A stretch of DNA of 64,000 nt from contig CAWFDF010000014.1 of assembly GCA_963814585.1 (NCBI GenBank), forward strand, positions 320,001-384,000, given 5' to 3'. The stretch comes from an uncultured delta proteobacterium. Lineage in GTDB: Bacteria; Myxococcota; Myxococcia; Myxococcales; Anaeromyxobacteraceae. The notes beneath the pieces were generated by a model. That model searched no databases. It was not told where the DNA came from and saw only the letters and a list, made by a program, of their open reading frames with translations. Shown here in pieces: positions 1-8,657 of this stretch. The position numbers were made by a program, and so were the translations under genes. How positions within the stretch are numbered: position 1 is the stretch's first letter; the number at the start of each line of letters is the position of its first letter.

Positions 1-494
1 TCCACGTTCTCGGGCTCCTCCTCCGCGTTCAGGTGATAGAGGTTGCCGAGCCACTCGTCGAACCCGTGGACCGTGGGCAGCATGTCGTTGCGGTCGCCGA
101 GGTGGTTCTTGCCGAACTGGCCGGTCACGTAACCGAGGGGCTTCAGGAGCTCTGCGATGGTCGGGTCGGCCTTGGTCAGGCCCTCCGGCGAGCCCGGCAG
201 GCCGACCTTGGTGAGGCCGGTGCGGATGGGGGACTGGCCGGTGATGAAGGCGGCGCGGCCAGCGGTGCAGCTCTGCTGTGCGTACCAGTCGGTGAAGACC
301 GCGCCCTCCTTCCCGATCCGGTCGATGTTGGGCGTCCGGTAGCCCATCATCCCCATGTTGTAGGCGCTGACGTTGAACTGGCCGATGTCGTCACCCCAGA
401 TGACGAGGATGTTGGGCTTCTTCTGCGCCTGGGCCAGCGCGGGCGCGCAGAGGCACGCGGCGCCGATGGCCAGGGCCTTCAAGAATTTGTCCAT
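1..494 (-). CDS. Arylsulfatase (sulfatase family), N-terminal part; runs off the window start
   Basis: Manual minus-strand translation [38 protein letters not shown]...[14 protein letters not shown]...GKNHLGD: signal peptide, CxAxR formylglycine motif, AGGAG RBS upstream. Absent from the ORF track because no stop lies in the window. Confidence 0.93.
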   Translation of the reverse strand, partial: MDKFLKALAIGAACLCAPALAQAQKKPNILVIWGDDIGQFNVSAYNMGMMGYRTPNIDRIGKEGAVFTDWYAQQSCTAGRAAFITGQSPIRTGLTKVGLPGSPEGLTKADPTIAELLKPLGYVTGQFGKNHLGDRNDMLPTVHGFDEWLGNLYHLNAEEEPENV

Positions 495-580
495 GCGGGG
501 TTCTCCTGGACTGCGATGACATGCGTGCAGCAGCATCCCGGACCTTGGCCCCCGGATACTTGGAGCATCAGCTGAGGTCT

Positions 581-787
581 CTACTGGCCGCCTGGTGTCG
601 TCGCTTCCGAATGAGGTGCCATCGGCTCATTTGGGTAGTCGATCACCATCAGGAGGTCGAGATCGCTGTCCTCGCGCGCCTCGTCGCGAGCCGTGGATCC
701 GAAGAGCGAGATCCGGCGCACGCCGAAGTCGCGTCGGAGAGCCGGCAGGTAGCCCCGCAGGGTCGAGATTGCCACGTCGCGCCGCAC
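581..787 (-). pseudogene. Truncated minimal nucleotidyltransferase (MNT antitoxin-like)
   Basis: (M)RRDVAISTLRGYLPALRRDFGVRRISLFGSTARDEAREDSDLDLL carries the GSxAR...SDxD signature; the C-terminal part and a HEPN partner are missing. Start may be 787 (GTG) or 814 (ATG). Confidence 0.7.
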
Positions 788-939
788 CGGGCCGAGAATG
801 CGGGGTCGGTCCATCCTGGACCAATCGTGGCCCTGGCCGCGCCGTCCCCGTTCGTTCCGATGCGGGGTCGACAGTCCGGGTTCAGGTTGGCTCCAAGGGG
901 ACTCGCCCACCCGAATCACCCCGGGGCATGATGCCGACC

Positions 940-1887
940 ATGGCCGAGCGAAGAGCCCTCTACCCCGAGATCGAGCCCTACCGCACCGGCAGGCTGCGGG
1001 TGTCCGCGATCCATGACCTCTACTTCGAGGAGTGCGGCAATCCCCGGGGGAAACCGGTGGTGTTCCTGCACGGTGGGCCCGGCCTTGGGACGAGCGCCAA
1101 GCAGCGCCGCTTCTTCGACCCACGTGCCTATCGCATCGTCCTCTTCGACCAGCGCGGGTGCGGGAAGAGCACCCCCCACGCCTCGCTGGACGAGAACACC
1201 ACCTGGGACCTGGTCGGCGACATGGAGCGGCTGCGAGCCGACCTGGGCATCGAGCGCTGGCAGGTCTTTGGCGGCTCCTGGGGAGCCAGCCTGGCGCTGG
1301 CCTACGCCCAGACCCACCCGGAGCGGGTGACCGAGCTGGTGCTCCGCGGGATCTTCCTCCTGCGGAAGTGGGAGATCGACTGGTTCTACCAATCGGGAGC
1401 GAGCGCCATCTACCCGGACGCCTGGGAGGCCTACCTGGCTCCCATCCCGGAGACCGAGCGCGGCGACCTGCTGGGCGCCTACCACCGGCGCCTCACCGGC
1501 GCCGATCCGGTGGAGCGCCAGCGGTGCGCCCTGAGCTGGAGCGGCTGGGAGGCGAGGACCAGCTTCCTCGTGGCCGATGAGGCGTACGTGAACCAGCTCG
1601 GGGATCCGGAGGTCGCCGCAGCGTTCGCCCGCATCGAGTGCCACTACTTCCTCCACCTGGGGTTCTTCTCCGGGCGCGAGCCACTCACCCAGGTCGACCG
1701 GTTCCGCCACATTCCCGCGGTGATCGTCCAGGGCCGGTACGACCTGGTCTGCCCGATGGCGACCGCCTGGGCCCTCCACCGCGCCTGGCCCGAGGCCGAT
1801 CTCCGGGTCGTCCCCGACGCAGGCCACGCCTCCTACGAGCCTGGGATCACCCACGAGCTGGTGGAGGCGACCGACCGGTTTCGCTGA
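940..1887 (+). CDS. pip: Proline iminopeptidase
   Basis: LYPEIEPY, HGGPG, FDQRGCGKS, GGSWG nucleophile motif, GRYD, AGH; start at MAERR (928 or 931 possible). Confidence 0.95.
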   Translation: MAERRALYPEIEPYRTGRLRVSAIHDLYFEECGNPRGKPVVFLHGGPGLGTSAKQRRFFDPRAYRIVLFDQRGCGKSTPHASLDENTTWDLVGDMERLRADLGIERWQVFGGSWGASLALAYAQTHPERVTELVLRGIFLLRKWEIDWFYQSGASAIYPDAWEAYLAPIPETERGDLLGAYHRRLTGADPVERQRCALSWSGWEARTSFLVADEAYVNQLGDPEVAAAFARIECHYFLHLGFFSGREPLTQVDRFRHIPAVIVQGRYDLVCPMATAWALHRAWPEADLRVVPDAGHASYEPGITHELVEATDRFR

Positions 1888-2023
1888 TCGAAGCGAGCCT
1901 TGATCCGTCAGGACCCAGAGTCACTCCTGACGTCAGAGGGTTTGGCCCTCTCCGGCCGGGGCCAGGTTGCTGGCTACCGGCAGGCCGCCGCCCTCCCCGC
2001 CCGACCAGCGCAGCCCGACAGTG

Positions 2024-2060
2024 AGAACGCCCACCCCGCAGCGAGCGAAGTGGGCGTCCT
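2024..2060 (-). terminator. Hairpin directly downstream of tRNA-fMet (terminator or processing stem)
   Basis: AGGACGCCCACTTCGC-TCGCT-GCGGGGTGGGCGTTCT gives a 16-bp stem with G-U pairs; U-tract is weak. Confidence 0.55.
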
Positions 2061-2063
2061 TGT

Positions 2064-2140
<77 letters not shown>

Positions 2141-2166
2141 GCAGGTGGGAAGTCGAACGAGGGCGC

Positions 2167-2195
2167 TTTGTACCGGCAATGGGTGGGCCGGTCAA
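2167..2195 (-). promoter_or_regulatory. Sigma70-type promoter of tRNA-fMet
   Basis: TTGACC-17 nt-TACAAA followed by a GC-rich discriminator GCGCCC. Confidence 0.75.
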
Positions 2196-2210
2196 GCCTC
2201 CCCTGTCGCC

Positions 2211-3050
2211 CTACCCCCGCGCCCGGCGCAGGGCCCCCGGCGCCAGCGCCAGCGCCGCCACCAGCACCATGGTGGCGCCGGTGGGCGTCTCGGCGACCCA
2301 GGAGACCAGGTACCCGCCTGCCGCGGCCAGCACGCCGAGCACCGTGGCCACGGCGAAGACGGCGCGGAACCGCAGCCCCAGCAGCAGCGCCGCCGCGGCC
2401 GGCAAGGTGAGCAGCGCGAAGACCGGCAGCGCCCCCAGCGCCCGCGCCGAGGCCGGGATGGCGAGGCCGAGGCTGAGCGAGAGGACCGCGTCCCAGACCC
2501 GGACCCGCATCCCCTGCGCCCTGGCCGTCTCCGGGTCGAACGAGGCGAAGGCGATCTCCTTGGCGAAGGCGAGGTGGAGCGCCGCGCAGATGAGCGCCAC
2601 CGCCCCGATCATCCAGAGCTCGTCGTCGGGCACGGCCACCGCGTTGCCGAAGACCATCCCGCCGAGGTCGTGGCTGGCGTGGACCAGCCTGGAGACACCG
2701 AGCACCACGGCCGCCGAGGCCGCCACCCAGGCCGCCCCCACCATGGCCTCCGCCGGCAGCCTCCTCGGCCGCACCGCGCCGAGCAGCAGCGCCCCCACCA
2801 CGGCGAAGCCCATGGCCATGCCGAGCTGGTGGTGGGCGTGCTCGGCCTCGATGTGGAGCCGCTCCTCGAGGAACAGGCCGACCACCAGGCCCACGGTGGA
2901 GATCTGCGTCAGCGCCGCCGAGACGAAGACGGTCCGGCGCAGCACCACGTAGACGCCGAGGAAGCCCAGCAGCGCCCCGGCCACCACCGACGCCGCGAGC
3001 GGCGCCTGCCAGATCTCGCGCGCCGCCAGGAAGCCGCCCAGCCCGCTCAT
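2211..3050 (-). CDS. Zn/Mn ABC transporter permease (ZnuB-like)
   Basis: Hydrophobic ABC-3 protein: LGVYVVLRR, SFDPETARAQG, TPTGA; operon context. Confidence 0.9.
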   Translation of the reverse strand: MSGLGGFLAAREIWQAPLAASVVAGALLGFLGVYVVLRRTVFVSAALTQISTVGLVVGLFLEERLHIEAEHAHHQLGMAMGFAVVGALLLGAVRPRRLPAEAMVGAAWVAASAAVVLGVSRLVHASHDLGGMVFGNAVAVPDDELWMIGAVALICAALHLAFAKEIAFASFDPETARAQGMRVRVWDAVLSLSLGLAIPASARALGALPVFALLTLPAAAALLLGLRFRAVFAVATVLGVLAAAGGYLVSWVAETPTGATMVLVAALALAPGALRRARG

Positions 3051-3817
3051 CGCCGCCCCCGGGCCACCGGCTGGACCAGCCAGCGCCCGCCCTCCAGGCG
3101 GACCTCCACCGGCCGACCATAGAGGGCCGTGAGCGGCTCGGGGCGGAGCATCTCGTCGAGCGAGCCGACGCGGAAGAGCCGCTGCTCGTGGTCGACGAAG
3201 GCCAGCGTCCGGGCGCAGTTGGCCACGGCGTCGAGCCGGTGCGAGACCATCACCACCGCCAGGTCGCCGCCGGCGTGGAGGTCGCGCAGCACGTCCATGG
3301 TGGCGAGCTCGGCGGCGGGGTCCATGCCGCTGGTCGGCTCGTCCACCGCCAGCAGCTCGGGCTCGGCCGCCAGCGCCCGGGCGATGAGCGTCCGCTGCCG
3401 CTGTCCTCCCGACAGGTCACCGTAGCGCCGCCCCGCGAGATCAGCGACGCCGACGCGGGCCAGCGCCGCCTCGACCAGCCGGTGGTCGGCCGGGCCCGGG
3501 CGGTGGAGCGGGCCCAGCGCGGGCGTCCGGCCCATCAGCACCACCTCCCCGGCGGTGAACGGCCAGATGGCGTCCACCTGGTCGCGCTGGGGCACGTAGC
3601 CGACGCGGAGCGGCCTCGGCAGCTCGCGCCGGCCCGCCAGCAGCGGGAGCGCACCGAGCAGTGTCCGGAGCACGGTGGTCTTGCCGCCACCGTTGGGTCC
3701 GACCAGGGCCAGGAAGTCGCCAGGCGCCACGGCGAGCTCGACGGCCTCGAGGAGCCGGCGCCGGCCGTGGCCGACGGTGGCGCCGCGGAGCGCGACCAGC
3801 GTGGGGCCTCGACCCAT
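3047..3817 (-). CDS. Zn/Mn ABC transporter ATP-binding protein (ZnuC-like)
   Basis: Walker A GPNGGGKT, GYVPQ, LSGGQRQR, DEPT, VSH; true start MGRGP at 3817 inside a longer ORF. Confidence 0.92.
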   Translation of the reverse strand: MGRGPTLVALRGATVGHGRRRLLEAVELAVAPGDFLALVGPNGGGKTTVLRTLLGALPLLAGRRELPRPLRVGYVPQRDQVDAIWPFTAGEVVLMGRTPALGPLHRPGPADHRLVEAALARVGVADLAGRRYGDLSGGQRQRTLIARALAAEPELLAVDEPTSGMDPAAELATMDVLRDLHAGGDLAVVMVSHRLDAVANCARTLAFVDHEQRLFRVGSLDEMLRPEPLTALYGRPVEVRLEGGRWLVQPVARGRR

Positions 3818-3822
3818 GCCGG

Positions 3823-4743
3823 CTACCTTACCGCCTCGGAGACCCGCCGGACGAGGAGGTCGAGCCAGGCCTGGTAGGAGGAGGCGCCCGGCTCGCCGCC
3901 GACGTCGCCGGGGATCCTGACCACCGTGCCACCCACCAGCCGCGCCACCAGCTCGTCGGACCTCGAGTCGTAGTAGTTCTCCACCACGCAGGCCTTGATC
4001 CCCTCCTGGCGCGCCAGCGTCACCAGGCCGGCGAGGTGCGAGGACGGCGGCGGCGTGCCCGGACGTGGCTCCATCTCGCCCGCGCTCACCAGGCCGGTCC
4101 AGTCCAGGAAGTAGGTGAGCGTCCGGTGATGGACGAACACCTTGCGCCCGGCCAGCGGCTGGAGCCTGGCCTTCCAGCCGGCCAGGGCCGCCTCGATCCG
4201 GACGGTGAAGGCCGCGGCGTGGGCCTGGTAGGCGCCGGCGCCGGCCGGGTCGAGCTCGGCGAGCCGTGCGGCGATGGCGCGGGCCACCTGGACCCCGCGC
4301 CGAGGATCGGCGAGGAAGTGCGGGTTGCCTCCAGGGTGGAGGTCGCCACGGCTCCGGTCGACGACGCCGGTGGGGACGTCGAGCACCTGCACCGCGGTGG
4401 CCGCGGTCAGCCGGCGAGCCCCGCCCGGCTGGATGGCGGCGTGGCGCGACTGGTTGACCAGCGGAGGCAGCCAGCCCACCTCGAGATCGAGCCCGACGTC
4501 GACCAGCAGGTCGGCGTCGCGCAGCTTCACCGCCAGCATGGGGTTGGCGTCGACGAAGTGCGGGTCCTGCACGCCGCGCGAGAGGCTCTCGACGGAGACG
4601 CGGTCGCCCCCCACCTCCCGGGCCAGCGCGGCCAGCCCCTCGGTGGTGGTGACGACGCGGAGCGCGGCGGAGGCGGTGACCGGTGCCGCCAGGAGCGAGG
4701 CGAGGAGCGCGGCCAGGAGGAGCGACAGCTGACGGCAGGGCAT
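3823..4743 (-). CDS. Metal ABC transporter substrate-binding protein (cluster A-I)
   Basis: Signal peptide, VVTT, QDPHFVD, GNPH, HHRTLTYF, EPRPGTPP. Confidence 0.92.
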   Translation of the reverse strand: MPCRQLSLLLAALLASLLAAPVTASAALRVVTTTEGLAALAREVGGDRVSVESLSRGVQDPHFVDANPMLAVKLRDADLLVDVGLDLEVGWLPPLVNQSRHAAIQPGGARRLTAATAVQVLDVPTGVVDRSRGDLHPGGNPHFLADPRRGVQVARAIAARLAELDPAGAGAYQAHAAAFTVRIEAALAGWKARLQPLAGRKVFVHHRTLTYFLDWTGLVSAGEMEPRPGTPPPSSHLAGLVTLARQEGIKACVVENYYDSRSDELVARLVGGTVVRIPGDVGGEPGASSYQAWLDLLVRRVSEAVR

Positions 4744-4752
4744 GGCCGGCTC

Positions 4753-5985
4753 CTAGAACGGGTGGGCGCCGTGGGCGCCCATGACGAACTCGAGGTGGAG
4801 GATCGCCTCCCAGCCGCTGGCGCCGCCGGGGCGCTGGTCGTGCGCCACCTGCAGCGCCAGCCGGGAGAACTCGCTGGGGAACCAGTTGGCCACCGCCGAC
4901 CAGCGCTGCTCGGCGCCCGGGGCGCTGTCGCCTGCAGCCGGGGCCTGCTCGTAGCGGACGCCGTAACCGAGCCAGGTGTTCTGGCGCCAGACCAGCTGCA
5001 GGTAGCCGCCGGTCCCGTCGGTGCCGTCGCCCTGGAAGGCCGCCTCGGCGGAGATGGACGCCGGCGGGCTCCCGTGGAACCTGCGCACGTAGAGCTCGCC
5101 CTGCAGGGTCAGGGAGGCGCGGCCGGCCGGCGGGCGGTACTTCAGGTAGACGTCGGCGTTGCCGAGGTCGCGAGAGGCCCCCGCCCCCTCGTCTCGCCTC
5201 GCCGCCGAGAGGCCCACCCCGAGGCTGAGCGGCTCGGCCAGCGAGAACCACTGCTGCAGCTTGGCGGTGCCGGTGAGCCGCCCCTCGCCGCCGTCGTAGG
5301 GATCGGTGGTCTGGGCCGCCAGCTGCAGCTCCGCGAACCACGGCAGCGGCGTGAGCCAGAGCAGGTCCACGCCCGGCCCGCCCAGCGCCTCGGTCGCCAG
5401 CAGGCGGCCGCGGGCCAGCGGCGCGTCCACGAAGTCCCAGGTGTGGGGGTGGAGCTGGTTGAGCCGGCCGAAGGGCGCGTAGAGCAGGCCGGCCTTGACC
5501 TGCAGGCCGCCGGGCAGCCCCAGCGTCGTCAGGTAGGCCTCCTCCACGGACACCTCGTCGGGGGTGAACGAGATGAAGACGTCGGCGCGGAAGTACGGGT
5601 CGATGACCGCCCGCAGCCCCAGCTCCAGCTCCTGGAAGAGGAAGGTCGGCTCGCCGGCCGGCCCCTGCGGCCCCTCGCGCGGCGAGAGCCGTCCGACGTC
5701 GTAGTCGTCGTGGACCGCGGCGAAGCTGCCCACGGCGGAGAGGTCGGGGAGGGCCAGCAGGCGGGCCCAGGGGGCGGCGCCGCCCGGGGCGCCTGCCTCC
5801 GGCCCGGGCTGGACGGCAGCCGCCGGGGCCGTAGTGCCGGTCCCCAGCTCCCGGGCGATCCGCGCCTCCAGCTCCTGGCGCTCCGCATCGGCCGACGCCT
5901 GGGCCGGAGCGGGGTCGACGGCGACGGCCGCCTCGGGAACGGTCAAGGCCACGGCGAGCAGGCCCGCCAGGTACGAGTTGCGCAT
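4753..5985 (-). CDS. Putative outer-membrane beta-barrel metal receptor
   Basis: Signal peptide; QELEL..IDPY, EEAY, FGRLNQLHPH, PSEFSRL; C-terminal His motif GAHGAHPF; first large gene of the metal ABC operon. Confidence 0.75.
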   Translation of the reverse strand: MRNSYLAGLLAVALTVPEAAVAVDPAPAQASADAERQELEARIARELGTGTTAPAAAVQPGPEAGAPGGAAPWARLLALPDLSAVGSFAAVHDDYDVGRLSPREGPQGPAGEPTFLFQELELGLRAVIDPYFRADVFISFTPDEVSVEEAYLTTLGLPGGLQVKAGLLYAPFGRLNQLHPHTWDFVDAPLARGRLLATEALGGPGVDLLWLTPLPWFAELQLAAQTTDPYDGGEGRLTGTAKLQQWFSLAEPLSLGVGLSAARRDEGAGASRDLGNADVYLKYRPPAGRASLTLQGELYVRRFHGSPPASISAEAAFQGDGTDGTGGYLQLVWRQNTWLGYGVRYEQAPAAGDSAPGAEQRWSAVANWFPSEFSRLALQVAHDQRPGGASGWEAILHLEFVMGAHGAHPF

Positions 5986-6057
5986 CGGAACTCACCTCGG
6001 CGCGCACGTCGCGCGCCACGTCACGAGAAGACGACGGCTTCGGTGGGACGTCTCGCG

Positions 6058-6312
6058 TCAGCCGCGAGGGGGTGACTGGCCGGGGATGGCACCGAGCGGC
6101 GCTCCGTCCCGCGGGAGCGACTGGAGGGCCACCTCCACGCCGCCGAGGGCGAGGGGGAGCGGCGAGAGGTCGGGGACCTGCGACGCCGCCGGCTCTCCGC
6201 CACGGACCACGCAGGCCGCGCACTCCTCGCCCGACGACGCGGCGTGGACGTGGGGCAGCGCCACGGCGGCGGTGAGCAGGAGGGCGAGGGAGGCGGCGAG
6301 GATGGCGCGCAT
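6058..6312 (-). CDS. 84-aa DUF2946/CruR-like leader protein
   Basis: MRAILAASLALLLTAAVALPHVHAASSGEECAACVV...PGQSPPRG: hydrophobic N-terminus, HxH, CxxC and a Pro-Pro C-terminal motif, upstream of a metal-uptake operon. Confidence 0.7.
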   Translation of the reverse strand: MRAILAASLALLLTAAVALPHVHAASSGEECAACVVRGGEPAASQVPDLSPLPLALGGVEVALQSLPRDGAPLGAIPGQSPPRG

Positions 6313-6324
6313 GGGCCAGATCGG

Positions 6325-6353
6325 AATCTGTCCCCCGGAGGCGGGGAGGTCAA
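6325..6353 (-). promoter_or_regulatory. Putative sigma70 promoter of the leader/metal-uptake operon
   Basis: TTGACC-17 nt-CAGATT, 12 nt before the ATG; a short palindrome CAGAT-N4-ATCTG (6317-6330) overlaps the -10. Confidence 0.45.
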
Positions 6354-6383
6354 GCGATTCGCCCGCCGGGCCGGGCGAGCCGA

Positions 6384-6722
6384 TCAGCCGAGCAGCTGCT
6401 GGAGCTTCATGGCCAGCCCCATGTCGCCCTGGATCTTGATCTTCCCGGTCATGAAGGCCATCTGGGCATTGAGCTTGCCGCTGACCAGCTTGAGGAAGTC
6501 GGCGTCGACCATGGAGACGGTGCAGCGGGGCGAGGCGGCGCTGCCCACGGCCACGGCCCCACCGGGCTGCGTGCAGTCCACCGACCAGGTCCCGCCCTCG
6601 GCGCCGGCGATGTTGAACTGGTAGACCGCGTTGATCTTGCCGATCAGGTCGGGCTTGGCCTTCAGCCGGGCCGGGATGTGGACATCGAAGACTTCCTTCA
6701 CGCTCTGCACCGGCTCGCCCAT
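6384..6722 (-). CDS. SCP2 sterol/lipid-binding domain protein
   Basis: YQFNIAG..GGTW, DFLKLVSGKLNAQMAFMTGKIKIQGDMGLAMKL; GGAGG RBS before MGEPV. Confidence 0.92.
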   Translation of the reverse strand: MGEPVQSVKEVFDVHIPARLKAKPDLIGKINAVYQFNIAGAEGGTWSVDCTQPGGAVAVGSAASPRCTVSMVDADFLKLVSGKLNAQMAFMTGKIKIQGDMGLAMKLQQLLG

Positions 6723-6741
6723 CGATCGCCTCCAGGAGTCC

Positions 6742-6794
6742 GCTGATTCCAGAATCAGCCCCCTCCAATAAGGCGCGCGGTCACGCCCTGTCAA
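6742..6794 (-). promoter_or_regulatory. Putative promoter plus palindromic operator upstream of the SCP2 gene
   Basis: TTGACA (6789-6794)-18 nt-TATTGG (6765-6770); perfect 8-2-8 palindrome GCTGATTC-CA-GAATCAGC at 6742-6759. Confidence 0.55.
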
Positions 6795-6830
6795 GGCGTG
6801 CCGCGCGCGCGACCCCGAACGGTGCCGTGG

Positions 6831-8630
6831 CTACTCGACGTACAGGGAGTCGAGCAGGGCCTGGTTGTTCTTGGTGACCACCTTGCGCTTCAGCTTGAGG
6901 GTGGGCGTCAGCTCGCCGGACTCCTGCGTGAAGTCCTTCGGCAGCACCACGAACCGCTTGATGGTGGAGTAGCTGGGCTGGCGGGCGTTGAGCGCGTCGA
7001 TCGTCGCCTGGAGCCGGGCGTGCAGCCTGGGGTCCGAGTAGATGGGCGCGCCCGGGGGCAGGCCGTTGTCCTTCGCCCAGGTGGCCGCGGTCTCCGGGTT
7101 GAGGGTGACGAGCGCGGAGAGGAACTTGCGCTTGTCGCCGTGCACCAGCACCTGCGAGATGAGCGTGTCGGTCTTCAGGTCGTTCTCGAGGTTCTGCGGC
7201 GCCACGTTCTTGCCGCCGGCGGTGACGATGATGTCCTTCTTCCGGTCGGTGATGCGCAGGCAGCCGTCGGCGTCCACCTCGCCGATGTCTCCGGTGTAGA
7301 GCCAGCCGTCCTGGAGCGCCTCCGCCGTGGCGGCGGGGTTGGCGTGGTACTCCCTCATGATGCACGGCCCCTTGATGAGGATCTCGCCGTCCGCGGCGAT
7401 CTTCACCTCGGTGCCGGGCACCGGGGGGCCCACCGTCCCGATCTTGTTCTTGCCCGGGCGGTTCACGAAGGTCCCGGCGCTCGACTCGGTGAGCCCGTAG
7501 CCCTCGAGGATCTCGAGCCCGCAGAAGGCGAAGAAGTGGTTGATCTTGGCCGAGAGGGGGGCGCCGCCGGAGACGAAGTGGCGCACCCGGCCACCGAACC
7601 GCTCCTTGAGCGCCGCCGCCAGCTTGGGGAAGACCAGCTTGCGGCCGAGCGAGAGCTTCCAGTTCGACTGGTCGACGCCCCGCTCCATGCCGGCGGCCCA
7701 CTCGTCGAAGCCCTCCATGGTCATCTTGAAGAGCTTGCCCTTCAGGCCCGGCGTGGCCAGCCCCTTGCCGACCACGGCGTTGTAGGCCTTCTCGAAGACG
7801 CGCGGCACCGAGGGCACCACCGTGGGCCGGATCTCCCCGGCGTTGTCGACGATCCTGTCCATCGACTCGACGAAGGCGAAGCTGGCGCCGGTGGCGAACA
7901 CCACCGCCTCGATGACCTTGGCGAAGGAGTGGGCCATGGGCAGGAAGAGCAGGACCAGGTCGTCGGGCCGCACCAGGTCCATGGTGGCGACCGTGATCGC
8001 CTCGTACGACCAGTTGCCGTGGGTGAGCACCACGCCCTTGGGGTTGCCGGTGGTGCCGGAGGTGTAGATGAAGGTGGCCGGCCCGTCGGGCGGGATGGCG
8101 GCCAGCCGGGCGGCGTGGGCGCCGGGGTTGGCCTTGGCGTACTCGACGCCGGCCGCCTCCAGCTGGGCCAGGGTGCGCTCGAAGCCGCCCGGCTTGGCGC
8201 CCGCCGTGCACACGATCCCCTGCAGCAACGGGAGCTTGCCCGCCACCTCGCGGATCTTGGCCGACTGGATCTCGGTGTCGCAGAAGATCAGCCGGGCCCC
8301 CGAGTTCTCCAGGATGTACTGGACCTCGTGGGGCAGGTTGGACTGGTAGCTGGTGACGGTGATGGCGCCGGCGCCGAGGATGCCGAGGTCGGCGATGATC
8401 CACTCCAGGTTGGTCTCGCCCATCACCGCGATCCGGTCGCCGGGCTTGATCCCGCTGGCGGCCAGGCCATCGGCCACGTTGCGGGCCCGCCGGGCCAGCT
8501 CGCGCCAGGAGACGGCCTCCCACTTCCCGTTCCGCTTGTGGTTGACGGCGGCCTGATCGCCGCGGCGCTTGGCGGTCTCCTCGAATACCGATACCAGGTT
8601 CACGGCCTTGGCGTTGCTCGGTGCGGTCAT
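6831..8630 (-). CDS. fadD: Long-chain fatty-acid--CoA ligase
   Basis: YTSGTTGNPKGV, EGYGLTE, GWLYTGDIG, ITDRKKD, GELTPTLKLKR. Confidence 0.92.
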   Translation of the reverse strand: MTAPSNAKAVNLVSVFEETAKRRGDQAAVNHKRNGKWEAVSWRELARRARNVADGLAASGIKPGDRIAVMGETNLEWIIADLGILGAGAITVTSYQSNLPHEVQYILENSGARLIFCDTEIQSAKIREVAGKLPLLQGIVCTAGAKPGGFERTLAQLEAAGVEYAKANPGAHAARLAAIPPDGPATFIYTSGTTGNPKGVVLTHGNWSYEAITVATMDLVRPDDLVLLFLPMAHSFAKVIEAVVFATGASFAFVESMDRIVDNAGEIRPTVVPSVPRVFEKAYNAVVGKGLATPGLKGKLFKMTMEGFDEWAAGMERGVDQSNWKLSLGRKLVFPKLAAALKERFGGRVRHFVSGGAPLSAKINHFFAFCGLEILEGYGLTESSAGTFVNRPGKNKIGTVGPPVPGTEVKIAADGEILIKGPCIMREYHANPAATAEALQDGWLYTGDIGEVDADGCLRITDRKKDIIVTAGGKNVAPQNLENDLKTDTLISQVLVHGDKRKFLSALVTLNPETAATWAKDNGLPPGAPIYSDPRLHARLQATIDALNARQPSYSTIKRFVVLPKDFTQESGELTPTLKLKRKVVTKNNQALLDSLYVE

Positions 8631-8657
8631 GATCGGTGGACCTCGTGGTGGGTTGGG

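Noticed and set aside
1912..1921. GACCCAGAGT partial match to the RAYT motif inside a small hairpin (also CCCAGAGT at 44483 and CCCGACCCAG at 19285)
   Set aside because: Matches of 8-10 bp without the full motif or element structure; plausible by chance.
1957..1966. 10-bp match CGGGGCCAGG to the tRNA 3' region as an att site
   Set aside because: Too short and GC-rich, only about 110 bp from the tRNA, and no integrase in the window.
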